From Candidatus Omnitrophota bacterium (GTDB lineage Bacteria > Omnitrophota > Gorgyraeia > JABMRG01 > JAFGKX01): a DNA stretch of 64,000 nucleotides. The stretch is from the NCBI GenBank assembly GCA_043797125.1, contig JAZDPX010000038.1, forward strand, positions 4,071 through 68,070, in the 5' to 3' direction. This document shows, in pieces, positions 39,518 through 51,119 of the stretch. Each line of letters starts with the position of its first letter. Positions within the stretch are counted from its first letter, which is position 1. The notes beneath the pieces were generated by a model. The model made no database searches. It worked only from the letters and a program-made list of their open reading frames with translations, and was not told where the DNA came from. Both the position numbers and the translations under genes were made by a program.

Positions 39518-40294
39518 CTTCTTGATTAAACTAGCAACCGAATGCAATATTTTATCTCTATTACCTAAATTAGCCTCTATCTTTTTAATTATAGCGCTGC
39601 CGACGATAACTCCGTCGGCAAAAGAGCTAATCTGCTTAACCTGCGATGGCCTGGAAATTCCAAATCCCACGCAAACAGGCTTCTTTGTATATCTTTTTAT
39701 TCTTTTTACATCTGCACTTATGCCTGCAGGAAGACTTTCTCTTGCGCCGGTAACTCCTGTCAAGGAAACATAATATATGAATCCTGTTGATTTTGAAATA
39801 ATCTCCTTGATTTTAGGGGTTGTTGTGGTCGGGCTGATTAAAAAGATGCTTGAAAACCTAAATTTTCTTGATTGTTTAATAAAATCGCCTGCTTCTTCGA
39901 CGGGTAAATCGGGGATTATTGCCCCGTCAGCGCCTGCTGAAACAGCATCGCTGATAAAGTTAGTTAATCCATATCTTAATATCGGGTTATAATATCCCAT
40001 TAATACAATAGGGACTTGCGTCTTTTTTCTTAAACTTCTTATTAAGGTAAATATCTTCTTTAGGTATACGCCTTTCTTTAGAGCCCTTTGCGATGCTGCC
40101 TGAATTGTAGGCCCATCGGCTAAAGGATCTGAAAAAGGAACGCCCAACTCGATTATATCAGCGCCTGATGATTCAAGGATATATACAAGCTCTTCAGTTG
40201 TCCTTAAATCAGGATCTCCCGCGCATATGTAGGCAATAAACGCCTTCTTGCGCATCTTTTGTAGTTCTTTAAATTTTCTATCTATCCTGTTCAT
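39497..40294 (-). CDS. trpA: Tryptophan synthase alpha chain
   Basis: ELGVPFSDPLADGPTIQ, GVTGAR, VGFGIS. Confidence 0.97.
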   Translation of the reverse strand: MNRIDRKFKELQKMRKKAFIAYICAGDPDLRTTEELVYILESSGADIIELGVPFSDPLADGPTIQAASQRALKKGVYLKKIFTLIRSLRKKTQVPIVLMGYYNPILRYGLTNFISDAVSAGADGAIIPDLPVEEAGDFIKQSRKFRFSSIFLISPTTTTPKIKEIISKSTGFIYYVSLTGVTGARESLPAGISADVKRIKRYTKKPVCVGFGISRPSQVKQISSFADGVIVGSAIIKKIEANLGNRDKILHSVASLIKKLISNYQ

Positions 40295-40304
40295 CTTTTG
40301 TTCT

Positions 40305-40341
40305 CATCAACCATAGACCATAGACTATCGACCATAGACTA
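40305..40341. repeat. Heptamer repeat (C/T)AT(A/C)GAC at trpB/trpA junction
   Basis: CATCAACCATAGACCATAGACTATCGACCATAGACTA. Confidence 0.7.
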
Positions 40342-41511
40342 TATATATTCTTTCAATATATCAACATCCTTATCCCCTCTACCTGACAAGCATACCACGA
40401 CAATTTCGCCCTTCTTCGTCTTGGGCATAAGCGTTTTAAGATACGCAACAGCATGCGCAGTTTCCAAAGCAGGTATAATACCTTCTGTCCTTGAAAGCAG
40501 CTTAACTGCCTCTAATGCCTGCTTATCAGTAACAGCGGCATATTGCGCGCGCTTTGTCTTTTTGTAAAAGGCATGCTCCGGACCGACTCCCGGATAATCG
40601 AGCCCGGCTGACACTGAATGCGCAATCTTTATCTGGCCGTCTTTATCCTGCAGCAAATAACTTTTTGAACCATGCAACACTCCGATATCCCCTTTTAATA
40701 ACGTGGCTGCGTGTTTGCCGCTTTTAATGCTTATACCTGCCGCTTCAACACCGATAAATTTTGCTTTTGTTTTATAAAACGGGTAAAATAATCCAAGAGA
40801 ATTGCTTCCGCCTCCCACGCAGGCAAGAAGGTAATCCGGAATTTTCTCTCCGATCATTTTAAGTTGTCTTTTAGTCTCAATGCCGATAATTGACTGGAAA
40901 TCCCTTACCATCATAGGATACGGATGCGGGCCGACAACCGAACCGATTATGTAATGAGTATCGGAAACATTCGTAACCCAATCTCTGATTGCCTCATTTG
41001 TAGCGTCCTTTAAGGTGCGCGAACCGCTGTCAACAGGTAAAACTTGTGCTCCTAATAATTTCATGCGCAGGACATTAAGCTGCTGGCGCTTGATATCATC
41101 AGTCCCCATGTATATATCGCACTTTAATCCGAACACTGCCGCGACAGTGGCAACAGCCACGCCGTGCTGACCTGCGCCTGTTTCAGCTATGAGCCTTGGT
41201 TTTTTCATTCGCACTGCCAGTAGCCCCTGTCCTAATGCATTATTTATCTTGTGCGCGCCTGTATGGCACAGGTCCTCTCTCTTAAGATATATCTTTGCCT
41301 TATCCCAGAGCGCTGTGAGATTTTGTGCATAATAAAGCGAAGTAGGCCTTCCGGCGTACTGGCGCAGATAATAATCAAGTTTATTTTTAAACGCCTTATC
41401 ATGTTTGGCGTTATTATATTCCTGCTCCAGCTGCCTTAAGGCGCTCATCAAAGTCTCCGGCACGTATTTACCGCCGAATATTCCGAAATACCCTCTCTTA
41501 TCTGGCAGCAT
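40339..41511 (-). CDS. trpB: Tryptophan synthase beta chain
   Basis: [36 protein letters not shown]; start at ATG 41511. Confidence 0.97.
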   Translation of the reverse strand: MLPDKRGYFGIFGGKYVPETLMSALRQLEQEYNNAKHDKAFKNKLDYYLRQYAGRPTSLYYAQNLTALWDKAKIYLKREDLCHTGAHKINNALGQGLLAVRMKKPRLIAETGAGQHGVAVATVAAVFGLKCDIYMGTDDIKRQQLNVLRMKLLGAQVLPVDSGSRTLKDATNEAIRDWVTNVSDTHYIIGSVVGPHPYPMMVRDFQSIIGIETKRQLKMIGEKIPDYLLACVGGGSNSLGLFYPFYKTKAKFIGVEAAGISIKSGKHAATLLKGDIGVLHGSKSYLLQDKDGQIKIAHSVSAGLDYPGVGPEHAFYKKTKRAQYAAVTDKQALEAVKLLSRTEGIIPALETAHAVAYLKTLMPKTKKGEIVVVCLSGRGDKDVDILKEYI

Positions 41512-42748
41512 CTTTTTCCTTTCCAAGATTCGCAAAAACATACGCGAAGACCTTGGTCGTGTCAATTAAACTTTTAATAGTAACATACTCATCGTTTGCA
41601 TGGCAGCGGTTGCCGCCTGAAACTGAATACCCTATGCACGGCGTACCTTTAGCCATTAAGAATCTCATATCTGTTGCGCCTGACATTATTGCCAATTTAG
41701 CGTTTTTTCCTGTTACAGACTTTATTGCCATGGTAAATGATTTTGAAAGACTACTATAGGGGTTACTGACTGCGCAGTTCTGCTGTAACAGTATTTCAAC
41801 TTTTATATTTAAATCCTTTACATGTTTTTTTGCGCTTTTTATGCATTCGTAAATTTCATTTTTTACTGCCTGCAGATTTTCTTCCGGCAAAAACCTTCTG
41901 TCTATGGTAAAACCGGATGAGTTGGGAACAATATTTGTTTTTTCGCCGCCCCAAGACACGCCGCCTAAAACCATGGTTGAAAACCTGTCCCTAGCGTCTT
42001 TAACTGAATATGCGGTCCTGCGCCTTGAAATCTTTTTATTAAGCTTCATAAGTTCGTTGACGACAAAATTCATTTTTTCAAATGAATTAATTCCCATATG
42101 AGGTTTGGATGCATGAGCAGCCTTACCCGCAATTTGAACTTTAAGCCACACAACGCCTTTGTTGCCGTATGATAAACACCTGCCTGAATAACCTTCTGTT
42201 ATGCCGTAATCTGCCTTTACAAGGCCCTTTTTAACAAGATAGCCAAAACCGGTTTCGCCGCCTGTTTCTTCATCAGGCACAAAAGAAAACTGCAAATTGC
42301 ATCCCGGCCTTATGTTATACTTTTTCAGAGCACAAACTGCCGTCAAATAACATGCTATGCTGGCTTTCATGTCTTCGGTGCCTCTGGCATAGATTTTTTC
42401 GTTTTTTATCACAGGCTTAAAAGGGTTTGTTTTCCACCCGCCTGCGCAAGGCACAACGTCATAATGGGCATTTATATGAATGGTCTTATCGCAACCGCTA
42501 TCCCAATCCGCAATAAGACATACCCGTTTTTTATGAATGTCAATTTTATATTTTTCTAGCTCTGGATCTGCAACTTTTATTTTATTGGTTTTTAACCCGG
42601 CCTGCTTGCACCGTTGCTCAAGTAAGTTTACAATTAGGTCATAATTATCTCCGGGAGGGTTAAGCGTAGGAATTGACACCAATTCCTTAACTAATCCGAC
42701 TAGTTTGCCTTTTTGGGATTCTATGTATTTATTAACAGCATCAAGCAT
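41498..42748 (-). CDS. M20 family metallopeptidase (ArgE/DapE-like)
   Basis: AHYDVVP, RGTEDMK, DEETGG, HANDE. Confidence 0.9.
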   Translation of the reverse strand: MLDAVNKYIESQKGKLVGLVKELVSIPTLNPPGDNYDLIVNLLEQRCKQAGLKTNKIKVADPELEKYKIDIHKKRVCLIADWDSGCDKTIHINAHYDVVPCAGGWKTNPFKPVIKNEKIYARGTEDMKASIACYLTAVCALKKYNIRPGCNLQFSFVPDEETGGETGFGYLVKKGLVKADYGITEGYSGRCLSYGNKGVVWLKVQIAGKAAHASKPHMGINSFEKMNFVVNELMKLNKKISRRRTAYSVKDARDRFSTMVLGGVSWGGEKTNIVPNSSGFTIDRRFLPEENLQAVKNEIYECIKSAKKHVKDLNIKVEILLQQNCAVSNPYSSLSKSFTMAIKSVTGKNAKLAIMSGATDMRFLMAKGTPCIGYSVSGGNRCHANDEYVTIKSLIDTTKVFAYVFANLGKEKDAAR

Positions 42749-43589
42749 TCAGCACTAACCTCTGTAGCCTTTCTATCCTGTCCTCTAAAGGCGGATGAGT
42801 ACTAAATAGCTTAACAATGCCCGCACCGCTTAAAGGGCTTACTATAAAAAGATGCGCGCTGCTTGGGTTTGCCTCATGCATCGGTATCTGTTTTGAAGCT
42901 TGAACAAGTTTTTTTAATGCGCTGGCTAAGGAAAGCGGCGCGTTTGATATGCGGGCCCCGCTTTCATCTGCCTGGTATTCTCTTGCTCGCGATATAGCCA
43001 GCTGTATAAGCGTTGCGGCGATTGGGGCTATTGCGCTCATTATTAAAATTCCCAGCGCGTTAGCGCCATTTCTGCGGTCTCTTGATCCGGCGAACGCAGC
43101 CCATCTTGCTGTATAGGCAATCATGGAAATCGCCCCGGCTATTGTGGCGACAACTGTCTGGATAAGAATGTCCCTGTTTTTCACATGCGCAATCTCGTGC
43201 GCTAAAACACCGCGCAGCTCATCATCGTTGAGAATATTCAAAATGCCTTGCGTAAACGCGACTGTTGCGTGTTTCGGGTCTCTGCCTGTGGCAAAGGCGT
43301 TCGGCGACTGCGTTGGTATCAAATAAATTTTCGGCATAGGTATATTAGCTTGCCTGGACAAGCCTGCAACTATTCTGTAAACATTCGGAAATTCAGTTTC
43401 AGTTACCGGCTTTGCCCTATACATAGCAAGTACTATCTTGTCAGAAAACCAGTAGCTTACAAAGTTCATGATTAAGGCAAAGATAAACGCTACAAAAACT
43501 CCGTCTCTGCCGCCCAACATCGCGCCGAGCGATATGAACAAAACAGTCAGCAGAGTCATAAGAAAAGCTGTTTTAAAAAAGTTCTTCAT
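42741..43589 (-). CDS. htpX: Zinc metalloprotease HtpX
   Basis: [28 protein letters not shown]. Confidence 0.93.
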   Translation of the reverse strand: MKNFFKTAFLMTLLTVLFISLGAMLGGRDGVFVAFIFALIMNFVSYWFSDKIVLAMYRAKPVTETEFPNVYRIVAGLSRQANIPMPKIYLIPTQSPNAFATGRDPKHATVAFTQGILNILNDDELRGVLAHEIAHVKNRDILIQTVVATIAGAISMIAYTARWAAFAGSRDRRNGANALGILIMSAIAPIAATLIQLAISRAREYQADESGARISNAPLSLASALKKLVQASKQIPMHEANPSSAHLFIVSPLSGAGIVKLFSTHPPLEDRIERLQRLVLNA

Positions 43590-44200
43590 TTTTTGACTAC
43601 CTCCATAAATTTTTTAATAAGTTCCGGGTCTTTTTTCCCCGGTGAAATTTCAACGCCGCTTGACACATCGACCATAAACGGCTCTACAACCCTTATTGCC
43701 TCTTCCACATTTTCGGGATTTAACCCGCCTGATAATATAATGGGAATCTTGTATGACTTTGCTTCCTTTGCAAGTTCCCAATTAAATTTTTCTCCTGTGC
43801 CGCCGTATGCGTCTTCCTTAAACGCATCGAGCAAAAAATAATTTACTTCGTACAGGCTTAAGGCCTTTATAGATTGCGCGTCTTTAACTCTTACTGCTTT
43901 AATAACGGCTTTATTAAAACTGCCGCAATATTGCGGCGTTTCTTCACCGTGAAATTGCAAGATGCCTATTTCCTTAATCTGGTTTAAGATGGCACGGACA
44001 TTTTCCTCTTTCTCGTTGACAAACAGCGCTACCTTCTCTACGTGCTGCGGCAAATTAGAAATAATATCCAAAGCCCTTTTCGGCGATATATAACGAGGGC
44101 TTTTTTTGTAAAAGACAAACCCGAGCATATCAGCCCCCATGCCGGTTGCTGCCTGCGCATCGTCGAGATTAGTTATGCCGCATACCTTTACCTTAACCAT
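43586..44200 (-). CDS. trpF: Phosphoribosylanthranilate isomerase
   Basis: [29 protein letters not shown]. Confidence 0.95.
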   Translation of the reverse strand: MVKVKVCGITNLDDAQAATGMGADMLGFVFYKKSPRYISPKRALDIISNLPQHVEKVALFVNEKEENVRAILNQIKEIGILQFHGEETPQYCGSFNKAVIKAVRVKDAQSIKALSLYEVNYFLLDAFKEDAYGGTGEKFNWELAKEAKSYKIPIILSGGLNPENVEEAIRVVEPFMVDVSSGVEISPGKKDPELIKKFMEVVKK

Positions 44201-44201
44201 A

Positions 44202-44981
44202 CTAATGCCCTATAATCTCCTTCACTTTTGCTTTTATGTCCTGCGCATCCATAAATGCCTCGCCAACTAATACCGCGTTTGCGCCTAGGCTTTTGTAAAA
44301 CATCACGTCAGAATTTGATTTTATACCGCTTTCTATGACTATTGTCTTGCTTCTTGGTACAAGGCCAATAAGGTTTTCGCCAGTTTTATGGTTCAGTTTA
44401 AATGTATGCAGGTCCCTGTTATTGATTCCTATAATGTCCGCGTCAGCCTTTAAAATTTTATCCAGGTCTTCGTCGCTGTGCGCCTCAACTAACGACTGCA
44501 GGCCTAAAGAAGCGGCAATCGCCATAAATTTTTTTATCTGGTCTTTAGAAAGTATATCGGCGATGAGAAGAACCGCGTCTGCCCCGTAATAACATGATTC
44601 GTATATCTGATATTCATCGATAATAAAATCTTTTCTTAATACAGGCAGGGTGCACACTTCTTTAATCTTGTTTATATAACCTAAAGAACCCAGGAAAAAC
44701 TTTTCCTCGGTAAGCACTGATATTGCGTTTGCGCCGCTTAACTGATATATCTTTGCAATCTCCTGCGGGTTGAAGTCCTCCCTTATAACGCCTCTGCTCG
44801 GAGAGGCCTTTTTCATCTCTGCAATCAAGCTTATATCAGAGCGCCTGTATATTGCGGATTTAAAATCCCTGATTGCCGTTTTTGCGCGCGCGCATTTATC
44901 GGCAAGCTGGTGCAAAGGCATGCTTTTCTTTGCCTTTGCTATTGCCTTTTCCTTTTCTTCCAATATTTGAGCGAGCATCAT
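44202..44981 (-). CDS. trpC: Indole-3-glycerol phosphate synthase
   Basis: IAEMKKASPSRG, LRKDFI, GINNRDL, ESGI. Confidence 0.95.
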   Translation of the reverse strand: MMLAQILEEKEKAIAKAKKSMPLHQLADKCARAKTAIRDFKSAIYRRSDISLIAEMKKASPSRGVIREDFNPQEIAKIYQLSGANAISVLTEEKFFLGSLGYINKIKEVCTLPVLRKDFIIDEYQIYESCYYGADAVLLIADILSKDQIKKFMAIAASLGLQSLVEAHSDEDLDKILKADADIIGINNRDLHTFKLNHKTGENLIGLVPRSKTIVIESGIKSNSDVMFYKSLGANAVLVGEAFMDAQDIKAKVKEIIGH

Positions 44982-45995
44982 TTATATATGCTGGTTGCTA
45001 AACTTTACTAAACTATTTAATTTTTGCAGGGCAGCCCCGGTATCTATAGATCTTTGCGCCGACTTAATCGCCTCTTTAATGCTTTTTGCGCCGCCTGCAG
45101 CGTAAATTGCGTAAGCGGCATTCAGCAAGACAACGTCTCTTTTAGGACCTTTTTCGCCTTTTAAAACCCCCAAAACAGACTTTGCATTATACACGACGCT
45201 GCCGCCCTTTATCTTTTCCAGGTCAGCCCTTTTAAAACCATGGTCTTGCGGTGAAATCATATATGTTTTTATCTTTTTATTCTTTAGTTCTGAAACCTGC
45301 GTCTCGGCGCTTATGGAAATTTCATCCACGCCTTCGAGCCCGTAAACAACAAACGCACGTTTTAATCCCAGATTTTTTAACACGCAAGCCATAATTTTTG
45401 TTAGGCTCCTATCATAAACGCCTAAGACCTGACAGGTGGCATTGGCAGGGTTTGATAGAGGCCCTAGAATATTAAAGATAGTTCTTATCCCTATTGCCTT
45501 TCTTACCCCGGCTGCATATTTCATCGCGCTGTGATATAATGGCGCGAATAAAAATCCTATGCCGATTTCCTCTATGCATTTTTGCGTTTGTTCAGGGTTG
45601 AGATTTAAGTTTACACCAAGTTGTTCCAGCACGTCTGCGCTGCCGCAGGAGCTTGAAATGTGTCTATTGCCATGCTTGGCCACTTTTATTTCACAGCCGG
45701 CAACGACAAAAGCTGAAGTTGTTGATATATTAAAAGTATTTGCTCCGCTGCCCCCTGTGCCGCATGTATCAACGACGCAGCCTGCCACATTAATCTTGGT
45801 TGCAAATTGGCGCATTACCTTAGCAGCAGCAGTTATCTCATCGACACTTTCACCTTTAATGCGCAATGCTGTAATAAATGCGCTTATCTGCTCGGGGCAA
45901 GCCTTACCCTGCATTATTTCTTCAAAGGCGCCCGAGGTTTCTTTTTGCGTCAGGTCCCTGCATAAAACAAGTTTTGCAATCGCTTCTTTTATCAT
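44982..45995 (-). CDS. trpD: Anthranilate phosphoribosyltransferase
   Basis: DTCGTGG, NISTT, KHGNR, GSADVLE; start at ATG 45995. Confidence 0.95.
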   Translation of the reverse strand: MIKEAIAKLVLCRDLTQKETSGAFEEIMQGKACPEQISAFITALRIKGESVDEITAAAKVMRQFATKINVAGCVVDTCGTGGSGANTFNISTTSAFVVAGCEIKVAKHGNRHISSSCGSADVLEQLGVNLNLNPEQTQKCIEEIGIGFLFAPLYHSAMKYAAGVRKAIGIRTIFNILGPLSNPANATCQVLGVYDRSLTKIMACVLKNLGLKRAFVVYGLEGVDEISISAETQVSELKNKKIKTYMISPQDHGFKRADLEKIKGGSVVYNAKSVLGVLKGEKGPKRDVVLLNAAYAIYAAGGAKSIKEAIKSAQRSIDTGAALQKLNSLVKFSNQHI

Positions 45996-46561
45996 TTCGC
46001 GCACTCCAGGAAATTTTTTAATATACGCTTACCCTCGATGGTAAGCACGGATTCGGGATGAAACTGCACTCCCCATATCGGATATTTTTTGTGCTGTATT
46101 GCCATAACCTCTTTTTCCTTGGTCTCGCCTATAATCCTCAGGCAGCCGGGTAAATTTTTCTTCTCGGCAATAAGCGAGTGGTACCTGGTTGCCTCAAACG
46201 GGTTTGGCACATTCTTAAAAATGGTTTTGCCGTTATGGTAAATATGCGATGTCTTGCCGTGCATGAGCCTTTTCGCGCAAGTTATCTTGCCGCCAAAAAC
46301 TTGCGCTATGCACTGATGCCCGAGGCAAACACCCAGAATCGGTACCCCTCCTGCAAAAGCAATAATTGCCTCATTCGAAATGCCGGCATCCTGCGGCCTG
46401 CCAGGCCCCGGCGAGATAACAATATACTTTGGTTTAAGGCTTTTTAACTTACCTATACCGACTTTGTCGTTTCTAAAAACAATCAGCTTTTGTTTCAGCT
46501 CGCCGAAATATTGAACAAGGTTATACGTAAATGAATCGTAATTATCGATTACTATTAGCAT
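45992..46561 (-). CDS. trpG: Anthranilate synthase component II
   Basis: IDNYDSFT, SPGPG, GVCLGHQ, QFHPES. Confidence 0.95.
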   Translation of the reverse strand: MLIVIDNYDSFTYNLVQYFGELKQKLIVFRNDKVGIGKLKSLKPKYIVISPGPGRPQDAGISNEAIIAFAGGVPILGVCLGHQCIAQVFGGKITCAKRLMHGKTSHIYHNGKTIFKNVPNPFEATRYHSLIAEKKNLPGCLRIIGETKEKEVMAIQHKKYPIWGVQFHPESVLTIEGKRILKNFLECAK

Positions 46562-46577
46562 CTTCCCCCCAATTACA

Positions 46578-46610
46578 GACCATCAACTATAGACTATCGA
46601 CCATCGACTA
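46578..46610. repeat. Heptamer repeat, same unit as 40305-40341, at trpE/trpG junction
   Basis: GACCATCAACTATAGACTATCGACCATCGACTA. Confidence 0.7.
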
Positions 46611-48083
46611 TACTTTCGCTGCGGCAATAGCGTTAAGCAGAGCCTGAGCCTTATTTTGAGTCTCCTTATATTCCCTACCAGGCACTGAATCAGCGACAAT
46701 TCCGGCACCTGCCTGCACATATGCAGTATTGTCTTTTATTAAAATTGTCCTTATGGCAATACCTGTATCGAGATTTCCTGAAAAGGAAAAGTATCCTACG
46801 CAGCCTGCATAAACTCCCCTTTTTGTGTTTTCCAATTCATCTATTATCTGCATAGCCCTGATTTTCGGAGCGCCTGCTACCGTACCGGCAGGAAAAGCGG
46901 CGCGCAAGACATCGAACGCGTCTTTGTCCTTTTTAAGAATTCCCGTGCAATCGCTAACAATATGCATTACATGCGAATATTTCTCTATAACCATGAACTC
47001 ATCAACTTTAACAGAACCTGATTTACATACCCTTCCAAGGTCGTTTCTTGCCAAATCAACAAGCATTAAATGTTCCGCGCATTCCTTCTTGTCAGAAAGC
47101 AGGTCCTTTATCAGCATGGCGTCCTGTTTTGAGTCTTTGCCTCTTTTGCGCGTCCCTGCAATGGGCCTTAACCGTACAATACCGTCTTCTGATCTGACCA
47201 TAACTTCCGGTGAAGAGCCAACAAGTTTCAATTTGTCGAATGAAAGATAAAACATATACGGTGACGGGTTTATTGAACGAAGCGCCCTATAAACATCCAA
47301 CGGGTTTTTGGTAAAATGAGTTTTAAACCTCTGCGAAATAACCACCTGAATAATATCGCCCTTCTTTATATAATCTTTTGCCTTCCGCACCGCTTTCAAG
47401 AAAGAGGCTTTTCTAAAATTTGATTTAATCTTCAACGGCTCGGGGTTATATTCAAGCTGCCCGATTACCTCTTTTGTAGGGCTGCTTAATTTTGTTATTA
47501 TTTCCTCGATATTTTTTATCGCCTTGTCATATTGTTTCAGCAAATATCTTTTTGACCTTGACTGCAAATACGCGTTGGAAACAACCTTTATTTTGTGCGT
47601 TACATGATCAAATATCAGGATTGTATCTGTCAGCATCAAAACAGCGTCATCCAGCTTAAGGTCATCCTTGCATGTATCAGGTATATCTTCGAAAAACCTT
47701 ATGCAATCATACCCTATGTATCCGACAAGCCCGCCGTAAAAACGGGGCAGGCCTTTTACGGGGGAGGTTTTGAATTTACGCATAAACTTTTTTAAATAAG
47801 CGAAAGGCTCATCCATGTAGCAGGTGTCTTTTTTGGATTTCTGCCTTACAATAATCTGTCTTCCTTTTATGTAAATAACTGTTGACGGATTGCTTCCCAG
47901 GAAAGAATATCTCGCTATCCTTTCCTCGCCCTCTACGGATTCAAGCAAAAAAGAGTTTTTACTGTTTATCTTTTTGTACGCCAGTAATGGCGTTAAAAAA
48001 TCAGCGAAGATTTCTTTATAAACAGGTATTAAATTCGCCGTTTTTGCCTTTTTTATAAATTCTTTTTTGTTTGGGAAATACAC
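46608..48083 (-). CDS. trpE: Anthranilate synthase component I
   Basis: LLES, NPSPYM, PIAGT, EHLMLVDLARND, GAPKIRAM. Confidence 0.95.
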   Translation of the reverse strand: MYFPNKKEFIKKAKTANLIPVYKEIFADFLTPLLAYKKINSKNSFLLESVEGEERIARYSFLGSNPSTVIYIKGRQIIVRQKSKKDTCYMDEPFAYLKKFMRKFKTSPVKGLPRFYGGLVGYIGYDCIRFFEDIPDTCKDDLKLDDAVLMLTDTILIFDHVTHKIKVVSNAYLQSRSKRYLLKQYDKAIKNIEEIITKLSSPTKEVIGQLEYNPEPLKIKSNFRKASFLKAVRKAKDYIKKGDIIQVVISQRFKTHFTKNPLDVYRALRSINPSPYMFYLSFDKLKLVGSSPEVMVRSEDGIVRLRPIAGTRKRGKDSKQDAMLIKDLLSDKKECAEHLMLVDLARNDLGRVCKSGSVKVDEFMVIEKYSHVMHIVSDCTGILKKDKDAFDVLRAAFPAGTVAGAPKIRAMQIIDELENTKRGVYAGCVGYFSFSGNLDTGIAIRTILIKDNTAYVQAGAGIVADSVPGREYKETQNKAQALLNAIAAAKV

Positions 48084-48091
48084 TTTATCCT

Positions 48092-48475
48092 TTAACCTTT
48101 TCTATAAATCTTATCCGGGTCAAATACCTTTTTTGCAATCTCTTTAACGCCGTCTTCTGAAACCTGCCTGTAAAAACAGCTCCTGTGGCCAGTGTGGCAG
48201 GCTGCTGTCTTTTGCATAACCTTAATAAGCAGGCAATCCATATCGCAATCTACATATATTGCCTTTACAGACTGCGTGAATCCGGAAGTCTCCCCCTTAA
48301 GCCAGATCCTATTTCTTGAACGGGAAAAAAAATGCACCTTGCCTGTTTCAAGGGTGTTTATTATAGATTCCTTGTTCATAAACCCAACCATCAATACTTC
48401 TCTTGTCCATATGCTTTGTATAACAGCGGGCATAAGGCCTTTTTCATCAAATTTTAAATTTTCAATCCAGCTCAT
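48092..48475 (-). CDS. hisI: Phosphoribosyl-AMP cyclohydrolase
   Basis: SRSR..W.KGETSG, DCDMD, ACHTG..SCF. Confidence 0.95.
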   Translation of the reverse strand: MSWIENLKFDEKGLMPAVIQSIWTREVLMVGFMNKESIINTLETGKVHFFSRSRNRIWLKGETSGFTQSVKAIYVDCDMDCLLIKVMQKTAACHTGHRSCFYRQVSEDGVKEIAKKVFDPDKIYRKG

Positions 48476-49194
48476 TTGACCACCTCGTTTGCTTGCGCTA
48501 AAGTGAACGCTCCCTCGTACAATGCCTTTCCAACAATAACTCCGGATAAGTTTTTTTTGCCTAACGCTTTAAGGGATTTGATATCATCTAATGAGGAAAT
48601 GCCCCCTGACACTATAACGTCATAGCTTACGCTATCCAGTACTTCTTTTATAGAATCCATATTCGGGCCTGTCATTGTTCCGTCTTTTAATATATCCGTG
48701 AAGATAATGCAAGAAATGCCGATCTCCCCAATTCTTATTGCCAGGGCTTTTGCATCAATAGCTGTCTGTGTCTTCCACCCCTCTGAAATAATTTTTCCCT
48801 TTACAGCGTCAATGCTTACGGCTATTTGATTAGGATACTTTTTTACCAGCCTTTTTAAGAAGGCTTCATCCTTATATGCCCTTGTGCCAAGAACAGCCCT
48901 TTTTATCCCGCATGCTAATGCCTTATCAACCTCTGATTCGCTGCGTAAGCCTCCGCCTAATTCTACTAGTATGCGCAGGCTGGAAACTATTTCTTTTACA
49001 TACGACAAATTGCTGCTTCTGCCTGAATATGCTCCGTCTAAATCTACGATGTGCAGCATGAGGGCGCCCTCTTTCTCCCATCTTTTCGCCATATTGACAG
49101 GATCTCCGGAATAAACTGTCTCCTTGGTAAAATCCCCCTGAATAAGACGCACTACCCTTCCGGTACGTATATCTATTGCTGGTATAACGATCAT
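48472..49194 (-). CDS. hisA: ProFAR isomerase
   Basis: IPAIDI..G.VVRL.QG, VDLDGA, GGGLR, DGTM.GPN. Confidence 0.95.
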   Translation of the reverse strand: MIVIPAIDIRTGRVVRLIQGDFTKETVYSGDPVNMAKRWEKEGALMLHIVDLDGAYSGRSSNLSYVKEIVSSLRILVELGGGLRSESEVDKALACGIKRAVLGTRAYKDEAFLKRLVKKYPNQIAVSIDAVKGKIISEGWKTQTAIDAKALAIRIGEIGISCIIFTDILKDGTMTGPNMDSIKEVLDSVSYDVIVSGGISSLDDIKSLKALGKKNLSGVIVGKALYEGAFTLAQANEVVK

Positions 49195-49205
49195 AGAAAT
49201 TCCTT

Positions 49206-49279
49206 AATTCGTTATTGCGTAATTGCGTTGTGCGTTATAGCGTTCGAAAACGCAATGACGCTATAACGCAATAACGCTA
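49206..49279. repeat. Degenerate octamer repeat with inverted half (GCGTTAT../..ATAACGC)
   Basis: CGTTATTGCGTAATTGCGTTGTGCGTTATAGCGTT-CGAA-AACGCAATGACGCTATAACGCAATAACG. Confidence 0.7.
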
Positions 49280-49897
49280 CAACTTTCCTTTTGTGGACGG
49301 GGTTTTACCTTTTCTGCGCTGCTCTAATCTTACAGCTTCACACAATGCCCTGCCAAAAGACTTAAAAACCGCCTCTAATACATGATGAAAATCAGAACCT
49401 TTTAATATATCGATGTGCAGATTAATGCCGCTCGTAACCGTGAAGGCGTTAAAAAAATGTTTAGCAGCTTTTATATCATAGCCTGTAGATTTGTCCTGCT
49501 GCAAACCCTCATATGCAATCCGCGGAAGTGTAAAATCCAAAGACGGCCTGCCGGAGATATCCAACACAACCCTCACTTTTACCGCGGCAAGCGCCTCATC
49601 CATTGGCACAAAACTTGCGCCAAACCTACTTATGCCCTTTTTATCAGAAAGCGCTTTCTTAAAAGCCTCGCCCAGACAAAGGCCTGCATCTTCGTTGGTA
49701 TGATGTATATCCACGTTTAAATCGCTTTTTTTAACATCGAGTTTTAAATCAAACAAACCATGATAAGCAAAAAGCTCAAGCATGTGGTTTAAGAAGCCTA
49801 TGCCGGTTTTAATATTTGTTTTGCCTTTACCGTCAACGTTTAATTCGCAGGATATATCGGTCTCTTTAGTTTTTCTCCTGACTTTAGCTTTTCTCAT
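49277..49897 (-). CDS. hisB: Imidazoleglycerol-phosphate dehydratase
   Basis: RKTKETDI, HML, DIHHTNED, PMDEA, HHVLEAVFK, PSTKG. Confidence 0.95.
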   Translation of the reverse strand: MRKAKVRRKTKETDISCELNVDGKGKTNIKTGIGFLNHMLELFAYHGLFDLKLDVKKSDLNVDIHHTNEDAGLCLGEAFKKALSDKKGISRFGASFVPMDEALAAVKVRVVLDISGRPSLDFTLPRIAYEGLQQDKSTGYDIKAAKHFFNAFTVTSGINLHIDILKGSDFHHVLEAVFKSFGRALCEAVRLEQRRKGKTPSTKGKL

Positions 49898-49898
49898 A

Positions 49899-51119
49899 TT
49901 ACTTAAACCTTTCCTTTATTGACTCGATATGCTTCGTAAGCCCTTCGAGGGTGGCTATCCTTTCAATATCAGTAACAACGTTCTCTAAAGCCTTTTTTGT
50001 ATAAGATATAACGTGCAGGCCTTTTAGAAAATCGAAAATGCCTAAACCCGAAGAAAATCGTGCTGTACCGCCTGTGGGCAACACGTGGCTCGGGCCCGCG
50101 ATATAGTCGCCTACTGCTGTAGGCGAATAAGGGCCCAGAAAAACAGCGCCTGCATTTTTAATATTTTTCAGAATCTTATTCGGATTCTGTATCATTAGTT
50201 GCAAGTGTTCAGGAGCAATGGAATTTGCTATATCCACTGCCTCGCTCAAATTTTTTACCTTTATTATATATCCCTTGATCGCATACTGCCTCATGGCCTT
50301 AACAATGTCTTTAGACGGCGTAATTAATAAAGAAAATCCCATGAAGTGTTCTGCCTGCGCAGCCATATCAGCTGCTATAAGTTTCGGGTCGCTGAATTTA
50401 CCTGCGATAACAACAACTTCACTGGGACCTGCCAGCATATCCACGTCAACATAGCCGAATACCTGCCGTTTTGCCTCGGTAACATAAAGGTTTCCCGGGC
50501 CAACAATCTTATCAACCTTTGGTATTGTCTTTGTTCCGTATGCGAGCGCGGCAATTGCCTGCGCTCCGCCGGCTTTGTATATCTCTGTAACGCCTAAAAG
50601 ATTTGCGACAACCAGTATGTAAGGATTTATGCTCTGGTATTCGTTAGGCGGGCTTACCAGGACTATTCTCTGGACGCCGGCAACCTTTGCAGGCAGCACT
50701 GTCATATATACGGTCGATACCAAAGGCGCTGTCCCCGAAGGTATATATATGCCCACGGACTCAACAGGCCTGAGCATCTCTCCCAGGATAATGCCTTCCG
50801 CGTTTTTAATCTTCCATGATTTTTTAAGCTGCTTTTTATAAAATTTTGTAACATTCTCAATAATCACCTTCAGGCTGTTGACAATTACAGGGTCAATATC
50901 CTGAAACGCGCCGTTTACTTCGCGCGCTGAAACCTTAAGCTGCTTAGGTGCAAGTTTGACTTTGTCGAATTTCCTTGTATAATGTATCAACGCCTTGTCG
51001 CCATCGTGTTTGATATCTTCTATAATCTTGGAAACCTTGTTGACAATTTTTTTGTTACAGGTATAGCCCCTATTGCATAACCTGTTATACTCTTTACTTG
51101 ATGTTTTAATCAGTTTCAC
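49899..51119 (-). CDS. hisD: Histidinol dehydrogenase
   Basis: GGAQAIAALAYG, GPGNLYV, AGPSE, APEHL, GPSHVLPT. Confidence 0.96.
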   Translation of the reverse strand: MKLIKTSSKEYNRLCNRGYTCNKKIVNKVSKIIEDIKHDGDKALIHYTRKFDKVKLAPKQLKVSAREVNGAFQDIDPVIVNSLKVIIENVTKFYKKQLKKSWKIKNAEGIILGEMLRPVESVGIYIPSGTAPLVSTVYMTVLPAKVAGVQRIVLVSPPNEYQSINPYILVVANLLGVTEIYKAGGAQAIAALAYGTKTIPKVDKIVGPGNLYVTEAKRQVFGYVDVDMLAGPSEVVVIAGKFSDPKLIAADMAAQAEHFMGFSLLITPSKDIVKAMRQYAIKGYIIKVKNLSEAVDIANSIAPEHLQLMIQNPNKILKNIKNAGAVFLGPYSPTAVGDYIAGPSHVLPTGGTARFSSGLGIFDFLKGLHVISYTKKALENVVTDIERIATLEGLTKHIESIKERFK